Positions 1-12,106 of a DNA stretch of 64,000 nt are shown in pieces. Numbering within the stretch: the first letter of the stretch is position 1; every line of letters begins with the position of its first letter. The notes under the pieces were generated by a model. That model was not told the origin of the DNA. It worked only from the letters and a program-made list of their open reading frames with translations, and searched no databases. The translations under genes and the position numbers were made by a program. Origin of the DNA: Octopus bimaculoides (lineage: Eukaryota); assembly GCF_001194135.2 (NCBI RefSeq), contig NC_068995.1, positions 53,518,346 to 53,582,345 of the forward strand. Direction: 5' to 3'.

Positions 1-486
1 ATATATATACATAAGTAAAATATATGTGTGTGAGTGTGTATAGAATATTTGTGCTGATTTTAAATACGGTAGAACGTAATAACGTATTTATACACACTCA
101 CACATACACACTCAAACACACACACACATATATATATCTTCAAAATTATTTGATACACATATTAATATAAACATATATATATGCGTGCATGTATGTATGT
201 GTGCTTGCGTGTATAGGAAGTGACACAGATAATGGGAGAGAAAGACACAGACCTACACGGTTATACCTACCTACCTACCTACCTACCTACTTACCTACAT
301 ATGTATATATATATGTGTGTGTGTGTGTGTATGTGTGTATAAATATATATATATACATGTGCATGTGTTTATACGTTTAATATAACCATATACACAAATC
401 TATAAAGTGTATGTATGTGTGTGTGTGTATATATATGTATACACACATATATGCAATGCATGTATGTATATGTGTGTGTGTGTGTT

Positions 487-529
<43 letters not shown>

Positions 530-1627
530 AAACACACACATGCATATGTATGCATAACATTTCTTATTTCGGTCACGTTAGTGTCTCTCTTGTTATTTTG
601 CTACTCTAGAGTTTCGGCTGTGATTTCAGAGGTTCATGAATCACGTTATGAGTTCTAAGTTGCTCGATGTCCCAATGAACACACAGTCGAAACTCCATAG
701 GGGACGGAAACCGAATCAAATAAAATGCAAATTTTATTGAACCCCCCTAAGATATTTTGTGCTGTTTTTTTATAACAGTCAATACTAAACGTATATAACT
801 TGACGCGACGTTTCGATACAGATGTTTTTTCTAATTTCTCCACGATTCCTTTCCCCTTTCTTTTTTCTATCCTTGCCTGTCATTTGTTTTAAAAAAAGTG
901 TGAATACTGGAAAGCAAAAGATATTTCTTTCTATTTTCCCCCATTTCCTGAACCTTCTGTATTTGATTTAAAAAAAAAACTTACCTCTGTTTTGTATTTC
1001 GGAGTTTTACACTATATATATATATATACAACTTATAAATAAAGGCGAAAGAAAAAATTCCTGTGCCAAATATGCCGAGAAGCAGACTTTAAACTGTCAA
1101 TAACCACATATAATTCATCACTAAAAGCACGCGTTTCGAAGAAAGCTGACAGAAACTTTCATTCGTCAGCACTGATAGAAGATGTGCTACGGCTTTGTCG
1201 AAGTTTTCATGAATCTTGCACGAGACAAGTCCTCACGAATTCAAAATTATTCNNNNNNNNNNNNNNNNNNNNNNNNNNNNNNNNNNNNNNNNNNNNNNNN
1301 NNNNNNNNNNNNNNNNNNNNNNNNNNNNNNNNNNNNNNNNNNNNNNNNNNNNNNNNNNNNNNNNNNNNNNNNNNNNNNNNNNNNNNNNNNNNNNNNNNNN
1401 NNNNNNNNNNNNNNNNNNNNNNNNNNNNNNNNNNNNNNNNNNNNNNNNNNNNNNNNNNNNNNNNNNNNNNNNNNNNNNNNNNNNNNNNNNNNNNNNNNNN
1501 NNNNNNNNNNNNNNNNNNNNNNNNNNNNNNNNNNNNNNNNNNNNNNNNNNNNNNNNNNNNNNNNNNNNNNNNNNNNNNNNNNNNNNNNNNNNNNNNNNNN
1601 NNNNGCGTTTATATGTGCGTTCGTGCA

Positions 1628-1847
1628 TATGAGAGGTTGCTGAAAATTTCCTGGCTTTAGGTAAAAAAGATACAGAAAGATCAGTTAATTATGATTTTAA
1701 TCAACATATTCCCCTCTCAGATTCACACACTTATTGCAGCGAACCTTCAGTTTCTCTAAGCCCCGTAAAAGAACTCGGAAAGTTGGGCCTCCAGCCAGAC
1801 CTTTCACGACACCCTCAAAGCCAGGATCTTTTCAGCTCTCCCTCGTA
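1628..1847 (-). mobile_element. Mariner-derived MITE (internally deleted, keeps transposase C-terminus)
   Basis: About 32-bp TIRs: TATGAGAGGTTGCTGAAAATTTCCTGGCTTTA vs reverse complement of the right end TACGAGGGAGAGCTGAAAAGATCCTGGCTTTG, with TA at both ends. Minus strand reads ..LEKLKVRCNKCVNLRGEYVD*, a typical mariner C-terminus. Confidence 0.8.
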
Positions 1848-1886
1848 TGTGCTTATGTGTATATGTATACCTGAACATATACTCCT

Positions 1887-1972
<86 letters not shown>

Positions 1973-2375
1973 ACATGTATGTATGTATATATATATATAT
2001 ATATACGCTTGTGCCTGTATGTGTGTGTGTGTGTGTGCGTATGAATGTGCACGGGTGCATGCAAAATGAACACCCTCATACACACACATTGCTTTTCTTT
2101 TAAAAAAGATTGATTAAAAGTAGCAGCTAAAAGTATCATTTTGGAACGTTACTTAAACTGCAACGTAATTCTATCACTTCGCCTGTAATGGAATTTATAA
2201 CGTTTAATATAATATTATCACAAGAACCAGAAAAGAAATTCAAACGCCTGAGTTTTTAGCTTTTGTAAAGCTAAAAGAAACTTGCTGTGTGTATGCGTAT
2301 GTATAACACGGATACAAAGATACACACACACACATCTGTGAGTCTTTGTGACTTTGTCCTACACTACCCATCTTT

Positions 2376-2474
2376 CAAATCCATTCATAAGTCTATTATA
2401 GAAGACAGTTGCTCTGGGGTGCCACGCAGTAGGACTGAATCACAGGGTTGGAAAGCAAACTTCTTACCACACAG
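2376..2474 (-). mobile_element. tRNA-derived SINE, family B (partial, head abuts gap)
   Basis: Similar to other family-B copies (GTGCCACGCAGT..GGACTGAA..AAGCAAACTTCTTACCACACAG). Confidence 0.6.
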
Positions 2475-4159
2475 NNNNNNNNNNNNNNNNNNNNNNNNNN
2501 NNNNNNNNNNNNNNNNNNNNNNNNNNNNNNNNNNNNNNNNNNNNNNNNNNNNNNNNNNNNNNNNNNNNNNNNNNNNNNNNNNNNNNNNNNNNNNNNNNNN
2601 NNNNNNNNNNNNNNNNNNNNNNNNNNNNNNNNNNNNNNNNNNNNNNNNNNNNNNNNNNNNNNNNNNNNNNNNNNNNNNNNNNNNNNNNNNNNNNNNNNNN
2701 NNNNNNNNNNNNNNNNNNNNNNNNNNNNNNNNNNNNNNNNNNNNNNNNNNNNNNNNNNNNNNNNNNNNNNNNNNNNNNNNNNNNNNNNNNNNNNNNNNNN
2801 NNNNNNNNNNNNNNNNNNNNNNNNNNNNNNNNNNNNNNNNNNNNNNNNNNNNNNNNNNNNNNNNNNNNNNNNNNNNNNNNNNNNNNNNNNNNNNNNNNNN
2901 NNNNNNNNNNNNNNNNNNNNNNNNNNNNNNNNNNNNNNNNNNNNNNNNNNNNNNNNNNNNNNNNNNNNNNNNNNNNNNNNNNNNNNNNNNNNNNNNNNNN
3001 NNNNNNNNNNNNNNNNNNNNNNNNNNNNNNNNNNNNNNNNNNNNNNNNNNNNNNNNNNNNNNNNNNNNNNNNNNNNNNNNNNNNNNNNNNNNNNNNNNNN
3101 NNNNNNNNNNNNNNNNNNNNNNNNNNNNNNNNNNNNNNNNNNNNNNNNNNNNNNNNNNNNNNNNNNNNNNNNNNNNNNNNNNNNNNNNNNNNNNNNNNNN
3201 NNNNNNNNNNNNNNNNNNNNNNNNNNNNNNNNNNNNNNNNNNNNNNNNNNNNNNNNNNNNNNNNNNNNNNNNNNNNNNNNNNNNNNNNNNNNNNNNNNNN
3301 NNNNNNNNNNNNNNNNNNNNNNNNNNNNNNNNNNNNNNNNNNNNNNNNNNNNNNNNNNNNNNNNNNNNNNNNNNNNNNNNNNNNNNNNNNNNNNNNNNNN
3401 NNNNNNNNNNNNNNNNNNNNNNNNNNNNNNNNTATATATATATATATACATATATATATATACATATATATTAATGTTCGTTTTTGTGTTCATTTATAAT
3501 AAAAACTATTTTACGTTAATCTGATGGATTACTCTATACTTTTGTGGAGTACAAATTTATTATTCTTATACAAGTATGTTGTTGACAGTGACTTCGAAGT
3601 TTTGGTAAGCTCTAATGTAATTTTAATTAAGTAACATTATATTTTTGTTCCCATTTTTATACAGGAATAGTGCGACTCATACAGAAGTTTATACACAACT
3701 TCTATATCAGCCCCGCTTTAGCATACATCTAGAACAGAATTTGAACAAAATTTTACAAACAAACATCAAACAAACTCCACAAAACAAGAAAGCTAAAATC
3801 CCTTTATATTAATCAAATTGCTTATTGAACAATGAACACTTGGAGGGAAACATAAACATACAAATTTTACTCAAATACTAATGTGAACATGAAAGCCGAA
3901 GAGAAACATCTTCCTATACTTACAAAGCCATGACATGCCTGAATAATAGCCACAGCGTGACAAATAACAACAACAGATGAAGGTATGACTAGTCTAAACT
4001 TACCATCTACCTACGTCCCTTTGCGAAAAAATGTTGACAGCCAATAACTAACGGCTTAAATGCTGGACTTTTGTCAAAGCAAAAAGGCTTAGTGCAATAA
4101 TACTAAAAGCAGTAAAAACACTGTCACACCTTGTGCATAACTTACCAAAAGAGAAACAC

Positions 4160-4302
4160 CTGCAGGCTTGTTCGTAAACTTCTACAAAGCTTTGGTCAAC
4201 CCGAGGCTATAGTAGAAGAGACTTGCCGAAGGTGCCACTGAACCCAGAACCATGTGGTTGGTGAGCAAGCTACTTATCATACAGTCAGTCCTCGCGCCTA
4301 TA
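4160..4302 (-). mobile_element. SINE family B
   Basis: AAAGCTTTGGTCAACCCGAGGCTATAGTAGAAGAGACTTGCCGAAGGTGCCACTGAACCCAGAACCATGTGGTTGG matches the copy at 30481-30640. Confidence 0.75.
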
Positions 4303-4340
4303 GTATATATACTGTTTCAGCCTATGTACCATATGATCAT

Positions 4341-4563
4341 GGGAAGAATATTCCTATACTACCAAGGAAAGAGGACATCAAGTATATTATCGATAAAGCG
4401 GAAAACGTCTTGGGGAGAATGAAATGAAAGATCTACTTTTTCGATAAAGCTATGTACGGGAGACAGTTACGGTTTTAAGACCTTACAAAGATCCACCCCG
4501 TATTAAAGACCTAGATAAAATTAGTTAAAAATGTCAAATTCAACCATAAATCCAACAGTTTCC
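4341..4563 (+). pseudogene. Penelope-like element ORF, N-terminal fragment (degenerate)
   Basis: Translates GKNIPILPRKEDIKYIIDKAENVLGRMK*KIYFFDK, then SYGFKT and IKLVKNVKFNHKSNSF. Homologous to KRLISNLRAVIKRMRWKAYFY at 25674 and to the RMRWK-type PLE N-terminus. Confidence 0.65.
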
Positions 4564-4785
4564 ATATATACATGTGTGTGTGTGTGTGTATGCGAGAGAA
4601 AATGTGAAATGTTTTATCTCCAAAACTGGGCAAAGTGAAACAAAAAAAGCGCTCCCTTGACTATGTAACGAAACCAAACAAACACGGCATAAAAAAAAAT
4701 CCGATCCAATCTAGAAATTGATCCGAGAATACTTCAGGATTTCAAGAGCTCGTTAAATATGAGACGCAGGTAACACCGAAAAATT

Positions 4786-4819
<34 letters not shown>

Positions 4820-5869
4820 CAATGATAATAATAATAATGGTGATGATGATGCTGTATATATATTTTATTTTTCTATAGGCGCAACATTTTACAAAATATT
4901 GGGTTACAATAACAGATTCTGATGGATATTGAATNNNNNNNNNNNNNNNNNNNNNNNNNNNNNNNNNNNNNNNNNNNNNNNNNNNNNNNNNNNNNNNNNN
5001 NNNNNNNNNNNNNNNNNNNNNNNNNNNNNNNNNNNNNNNNNNNNNNNNNNNNNNNNNNNNNNNNNNNNNNNNNNNNNNNNNNNNNNNNNNNNNNNNNNNN
5101 NNNNNNNNNNATATATATATATATATATATACATATATATACAAATAACACTTGCACAATTCACATACGGACACAAGAGTGCTCCTGCTCTTTCACTCAC
5201 ACACATACACATACATATACATACATGCATATGTGTGTGTTCTTGTGTTATGCATAGGAAATAAATCTCCGCCCCACATTTTGTAATAAAATATTTCTTT
5301 TTGTCACCATGGTTACTGAAAGCTGTTTTCCTATATTTTTCAATACAATAACTCTGTATCAAGTAACGTTTACATCTTTTTTTTGCTTTTTTTTATATAT
5401 ATAATTTGAAATTCGTCTTAGATATAATACACTGCGATATCAATTTGTTTCAGCTGAGTTTCAAAATATATGTAAATACTTCAACAATTCCTTTATACTT
5501 CAGTATGCGTTTTGCCTCCCAAACAAACTTTTTTCAAATTTGGTGTGGTGTTAAGGTTTGCTTCAACTACCCCCACCACCTCTCACGCACAGAAATTGCG
5601 ATATTCAAGATGAAAGAATAAATAAATGCTTCTCTGCTCCTAGTTGATATAACTAAGACAATATTGCCCCTCGTTACGGGTAAAATAATCCCTTCTATTT
5701 GGCAACATGTTGACTCCTTGATGCAATGAAGCTCTCAATATTATTTTAACTAGCAGTAAACTGCTTCCCCTCAAAATGTCGCGGTTATCTGACAAGTCAA
5801 TGGTCAGAGGGAGGGAGCAAAAGATAGACCGTAAGGAGGATGAAACAAAATTTCAATATTTAGCATCAT

Positions 5870-6078
5870 AAGGTGGCGATCTGGCAGAAACGTTAGCACG
5901 CCGGGCAAAATGCTTAGCGGTATTTCGTCTGTCTTTATGTCCTGAGTTCAAATTTCACCGAGGTCGACTTTGCCTTTTATCTTTTCGGGGTCGATAGATT
6001 AAGTACCAGTTGCGTACTGGCGTCAGTCTAATCGACTGGCCCCTCTCCCAAAATCTCGGGCTTTGTGTCTAGAGTAGA
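5870..6078 (+). mobile_element. tRNA-derived SINE, family A (full length)
   Basis: A-box-like TGGCAGAAACGTTAG, B-box-like GAGTTCAAATT, body GTCGACTTTGCCTTTTATCTTTTCGGGGTCGATAGATTAAGTACCAG. Highly similar to 13407-13610. Confidence 0.85.
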
Positions 6079-6398
6079 CTGTGGCTGTGTGAAGGCACAG
6101 GCGTGTCTGTAGGGTATTTCTTAGCAAATACCTTGAGCAAGATCGTTAACCCAACGCTCACCAAAGATACGGACCGAACGTCCCTTCTCGTCAGCGTTAT
6201 CGCTTTCAGGTTAACAGCGCTGAGAACTCCTCCGTTCTTCTGCTTTCTGCAGTAGACGTCTGCCAAAAGGTCACTATACAAGTCGAGCATGAACTCGGAG
6301 AATACGTCGGGTAGACCATCTAAAACGGACGATCGGCACCTTGTGCAACCGCTCAGCTCCTCTTGTATTTCAGTGATTTCAGTGGGTATTATCAGCAT
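6069..6398 (-). pseudogene. L1/Tx1-clade LINE reverse transcriptase fragment (start of RT domain)
   Basis: ORF contains EELSGCTRCRSSVLDGLPDVF..DLLADVYC..NG..AITLTRRD..VRSVSLVSVGLTILLKVFAKK, matching the KSPGLDGLP..EFY / FRPITLLN..KILAKVLAKRL pattern of L1/Tx1 RTs. Confidence 0.75.
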
Positions 6399-6942
6399 TT
6401 TTTGTTTTAAATAAAAGCAAAAATGACTGAATGATTTTTCTGAAGTGATACATAATCGATAGATAATCGATATATAATCGACTGTATTAGAATTTATACT
6501 TAAAAGTTATTTTATTTTATTGACCAGGTGACGATGAAAGGCGAGGTCAAAGACTTAAGAATTGATCTCCGACTGTAAGAGACATAACTGAATATAAATA
6601 TCTAAGATAGCTACAAACCACAGATTCAGCAAGAGATTATTAAATCGGCATCATTATTTGAATAGCATCCATTTTATTGGAATTTGAATGATATTTGTTG
6701 ACTCGATGCGTAAAGAGACGTAACAAAGTACCGTTGGGCATTTGCTCCTCTGTTTTATTTTCAACCCAGAACTCTCTTTGTTCTTTATCTCATCCACAGG
6801 GTAGTGGCGAAACGATTAATGGGGCTTCGATGAGAGTACTCCTTTTTTGTGTTTGGCTCCTGGAAGTTTTATCTTAATTCTGATGCGCACTCTATTTACT
6901 CTTTCGTTTTTCTCTCTTCCTCTCTTTTATTCTTTTACCTCC

Positions 6943-7054
6943 TGAAATGAAGTGTTTTGTTCAAGAGCACAAAACATTGCCCAGTACAGGAATCGAAACC
7001 ACAATCTTACGATCATGGGTGCAACACCTTAACCACTATGCTTCGCGCCTGCAC
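6943..7054 (-). mobile_element. SINE family D, 5' part
   Basis: GAAATGAAGTGTTTTGTTCAAGAGCAC..GGAATCGAAACC..CACCTTAACCACT, shared with 9235-9365, 29165-29280 and 35895-35997; B-box GGTTTCGATTCC on the minus strand. Confidence 0.75.
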
Positions 7055-8095
7055 GTGGGTGGTATTAATGGTACTAATACGCTGGTTGTACATTTAGAAT
7101 TGGTAGCCATAGCAGAAGTACACACAGTGTTGATAGCAGAGTTGATAATGGTGGTAGTGGTGGTGGTGGCCGTGGTAGTAGTGCTAATAGGACTGGTTAT
7201 GGATTTAGTAATGTTAGTAGTAGTGTTACTAACAATATTGGTTGTGAATATGTTAATATAATAATTTTAGTGTTGGTGGTAATGTTGATGATAATATTAA
7301 TAGTGGACATAATGATATAGCAATGGTGGCCATCGTGGTAGTACTGTTACTGAAAATAAAAATCAGTAGTTTTGTGTAGTCATTTAGCCCCAGGTCAACT
7401 TCGATTAAACTGATTTATGATAAAAGGTATTCTAGCAGTGACAATGTCCCCTTTTTGTTTTTATTCCCACGCTTTGAATCTAAGACATTATTCAAAGAAT
7501 CCATTTTTTTTAAAGAAGCGGTGATTGTGATTTAAAGAAAATTTGGTTGGTTATTGCTAACAGGTCAACGGAATGTATAGATGCTCCGTCGTTGGTTTTG
7601 GTGTTGCAGAAATATGGTAGTCGGAGAAGCAATGATGTTGATGTGCATTTGGTCGATGCTAGTGAAAGAGTTGTGTTGGCAGTAGTTTATGCTGAGAACA
7701 GCAGTGAAGGTGGAGGTGGTGGTCGTGGTGATGATGAAGAAGATAATGATAGTTGTGGTGATGCTGGCATGATGGTTTTTGTTGGTGGTGGTGCTGCTGC
7801 TGATAATGATGATGGTAGTGATCGGAGAAGATAATTGGATGTAGTTTGCTTGTCATCAGGATTACAAAATTGATTGATCATCTCCAACAAAAAAATGAAC
7901 CCGAAACGAAACGAAAAGACAAAAAAACAAAAAAACAAAACAAAACAAAACAAAAAACCCAAACAACCAAACAAAAGAAGCAAAAATAAACAAGAAAAAC
8001 AAACAAAATAAGCCCACCCCCATCACAGAAATCAATACCCATCCCCCACTTTTCACCACGAAAAACAAAACGAAAAACAAACAAAACAGAAATGC
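7055..8095. repeat. Degenerate GTR/GAT trinucleotide tracts followed by a (CAAAA)n-like A-rich tract
   Basis: Direct inspection; a short SINE tail fragment lies at about 7375-7450. Confidence 0.8.
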
Positions 8096-8725
8096 CATCA
8101 AAGACACCCCTCCTAATCAGCCGATAAATTTATTGAATGAAGCCATAGTAAAGTTCGATTACTTCAGAAAGTGTGCCATTTATCAATGCTCACAGGAAAA
8201 AAAAATATTTATATTTTATATTTTGTTTGAATTTTAATTATGTTTTTGATTGGTTTATTTTATTTCATTTTCTAATTAATTTTTTAAAAATTAATTTTGA
8301 AATAGTAGTATAGTTGTTGCTGATTTCGTTTAACTACAACAAGGAATTCTGGGTGAAAACAACCTATTTCCAGTAAAACTTTCAGATTCAGAATCTCATG
8401 TCTAATGCTCTGAACACCACAGCACAAACGATTAACTCCCTTGGATGTCGTTTCAATGGGTAACTGAAGACGATTCACTGTACAGATGTCATAAACTTAC
8501 ACAAAAGCCTTTAGCGTAGTTCCCTCTACTGTAAACTTTCTCACGTGAGACTCTGCCCAGTTGCTTCCCATCACACGCTTTATTACCAGATGTTACGGTT
8601 AAGCACCATCTGGATGATTTCCTCCTTGTTTGAAAAGCATTGGAAATGTCAAAGGTCATTATATATTATAGATGTCAAAGGTCATTATATATTATATATC
8701 ATATATTATGTATACTATATATTCT

Positions 8726-8825
8726 TTTCTACTCTAGGCACAAGACCCGAAAGTTTTGGGGAGGGGGCAAGTCGATTAGACCAACCCCAATATGCAACTA
8801 ATACTTAATTTATCGACCCCGAAAG
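8726..8825 (-). mobile_element. SINE family A, 3' half
   Basis: TTTCTACTCTAGGCACAAGACCCGAAA..AATTTATCGACCCCGAAAG is the reverse complement of the family-A tail. Confidence 0.75.
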
Positions 8826-8890
8826 CATGGCTGTGTGGTTATGAAATTCGCTGCGTAACCACGGAGTTTCGGGTTCATTCCTATGGCAAG
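8826..8890 (+). mobile_element. SINE family B, 5' head
   Basis: CATGGCTGTGTGGTTATGAA..TAACCACGGAGTTTCGGGTTCATTCC. Confidence 0.6.
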
Positions 8891-9234
8891 GTATCTTGTA
8901 TAACCCATATAACTAATATATCCCAAAGCCAGCCTACCTTGCGAATATATATATATATAGCCAACCTGCCTTGTGAATATATATATATAGTCAATCCATA
9001 TATCAAGTGACATGCACTTACTGATTTTGTAGCAAGCAAATCAGCTAGCTGTTGGAGGCATCCTCCTGGGGTTAAAAATAACAGTAACATCGGTTATTAT
9101 GGAACAACCATGTTAAAGTGGCAATAAGCATTACTTCTTAGTATAGCCCCTGCTTTCACCTCTTACAGAGACTTACTAACGAGCTAATTTGCTTATTTAC
9201 AAATGGTTATATATTTAGTGAAAGCGCGTGACCT

Positions 9235-9365
9235 ACTGGTTAGGATGTGACACGATCGTAAAATCAGTTTCGATTCCTGGAACGTGTAGTTGCTTGCGTT
9301 CTTGAGCAAAACACTTCATTTCATGTTGATTTAGTCCACTCACCTGTAAACGCAAGTACAACAAC
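9235..9365 (+). mobile_element. SINE family D
   Basis: GTTTCGATTCCTGG..TTCTTGAGCAAAACACTTCATTTCA..AGTCCACTCACCTG. Confidence 0.7.
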
Positions 9366-9829
9366 AAGAAGCATTCGGTCTCAATTTTTTTAAAACCTAG
9401 CATGAGCAAGATTATAGTGCTGAAATACATCTTTCCATACATTAAAAAACAAAGCAAAAAAACAGAAAAGGTGATAGGATATGATTTGAGGGAATTTAGG
9501 CTGCTATCTTTAGCATATTGAACAACCACATAGAAACTCCCTTACTGTGTTGTGTATGCATGTAGGCGAGGATGGTTCTGAGTAGTAACGTCTAGCAGCT
9601 GTATTGTCCTAGATATTCGAGAAATACAAGGCTGCAATAATGTTCGTGCAGCTTTTCTTTAGAAACCTTGGCAACGTAGGTAAAGTTGCATCAAGCGAGA
9701 ACCGGAACCGGAATATTTGTCTCATCTCTGTAGAAGCTTATCTATTGATCTTCGGCGCTCGCATGCCAAAATTGTTAAGCCATAACAAGATTATATATAT
9801 ATATACATATACATATCTATTTATGTGTA

Positions 9830-9887
<58 letters not shown>

Positions 9888-11302
9888 NNNNNNNNNNNNN
9901 NNNNNNNNNNNNNNNNNNNNNNNNNNNNNNNNNNNNNNNNNNNNNNNNNNNNNNNNNNNNNNNNNNNNNNNNNNNNNNNNNNNNNNNNNNNNNNNNNNNN
10001 NNNNNNNNNNNNNNNNNNNNNNNNNNNNNNNNNNNNNNNNNNNNNNNNNNNNNNNNNNNNNNNNNNNNNNNNNNNNNNNNNNNNNNNNNNNNNNNNNNNN
10101 NNNNNNNNNNNNNNNNNNNNNNNNNNNNNNNNNNNNNNNNNNNNNNNNNNNNNNNNNNNNNNNNNNNNNNNNNNNNNNNNNNNNNNNNNNNNNNNNNNNN
10201 NNNNNNNNNNNNNNNNNNNNNNNNNNNNNNNNNNNNNNNNNNNNNNNNNNNNNNNNNNNNNNNNNNNNNNNNNNNNNNNNNNNNNNTATATATATATATA
10301 TACATACACACGCACATATACATATATGCATTATATTTATATATTTGGTGTTTTTCTTCTCTGTTCGACGTGTAAATCTAAAAAGTGTTTTTCCCAATAT
10401 TTCACTGATTTTTACCAACCAAGCATTAAACTGTAGAAATATTTTTTCCGACATTTTCATTTCTATATTTACTTGTGTAGTTATATATATATTTTTGCTT
10501 AATTTCTTTCTATTTTTTTGTTTTTTCATTTTTGGGTGTTGAAACTACAAGTTGTTACTCTTTTTTTTTCGCTCTTTCTCTCTTCTTTTTTTTCTTCTTC
10601 TCTAACACAAACCAATCAACCAGCCAACCAACCGGCCCACCGCAGCCGACCACCCCCACCAACCTACCAGTTAACCGACCGACCAGCCAACCGACCAAAC
10701 TAACAAACAAACTAACCAACAAACAGTCTTTCAAATGTAACAATCCATCCAAAAGCCAAGCCAAATGTGTACCTCGTCACCATGAGCTGTCTAGAGCAAT
10801 GATGCCAAAACCAATAAATGGCCAAACGCTGCCAGATACGATTGATTTATCAAGCATTTCACACAGGCGCAGATTTTCTACGGAGTGAATGAGTGAGTTT
10901 GAGCGGTCATTTTGCATCACTTCAAGCTTCGCTGATTTCAATACCCCTTACATCCCGCCAAACACACATTCACTCGCACACACAAATGCGCATACATACC
11001 AGTTTTTTCCTCTTTCTCTCTCTCTCTTGCAAACAGCTCACATTTCCCCTTTCATCTTCATCTCTCTTTCTCTCCCTCTGCTAGCTCCCACTCTCCCTCC
11101 CATTTCCTTACCCTCATTCTCTCTCTCTCATTTACTCTCTCCCCTCTATTCAATCCAAACCGACCCGACCCTCATTCTTCTCCATCATCGTTGCTTTCTG
11201 AATCATTAGCTGCCATTATGGCCAAGAATTTGTTACACCAACAAATCACTACCATCGGATGTATTCTACTTCAACATACATATTATATATTATATATCAT
11301 GT

Positions 11303-11360
<58 letters not shown>

Positions 11361-11521
11361 ATATGTATGTGTATATTTATGCATATATGTACACACACAT
11401 ATATACACACATGTATATGTGTATATTTATGTATGTATACACACATATACATGCATATATATACATCCTTTACCTACCTACATATATATATATGTAGGTA
11501 GGTACGTATGTATAGGATATT

Positions 11522-11558
<37 letters not shown>

Positions 11559-11772
11559 TTAAAAAATATATTATTTGCCTTATCGATTATATTCCAACAT
11601 GAACAGATCTTTGCTACACTGGCAGGGAAAGAGGTATATACACACACCCATAAAAAATATCGCAATATATGCATGTATGCACACATTCATAATCGTATAT
11701 GCATACACTTATATGTTATATATATATATTTTATACATACACACATATGTTTTATATATATATGTGTGTGTA

Positions 11773-11816
<44 letters not shown>

Positions 11817-12055
11817 CATATGTACACTGACACGAACACACACGAACACTGAAAGACACAGGTTTATAAGCTTGTGATTCATGCACACACAGACATACAC
11901 ATGTAAAGATGTTTCGGTTGTAACGGCAGATATTCTATTCGATGCTCTGCCTACATACAGAGACACAGAATTACTTATGCGTGTACAAACTTATACGTAT
12001 TATATACTTAAGTTATTCCTGTGAAGTAAGAATATTTACAAATTATACATTCGTC

Positions 12056-12106
<51 letters not shown>

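Noticed and set aside
1143-1172. Minus-strand CUGACGA-AU-GAAA resembling a hammerhead core
   Set aside because: No room for stem II and no stem I; better explained by a simple GCTGAC/GTCAGC hairpin.
8647-8995. Two short tandem duplications (27 bp containing CAAAGGTCA; about 33 bp with TA runs)
   Set aside because: Ordinary slippage duplications; a nuclear-receptor half-site alone is not evidence of function.
8120-10850. Pbx/Hox-like TGATWWAT motifs at 8178-8185(-) and 10843-10850(+)
   Set aside because: Expected by chance in AT-rich DNA; no conservation data available.
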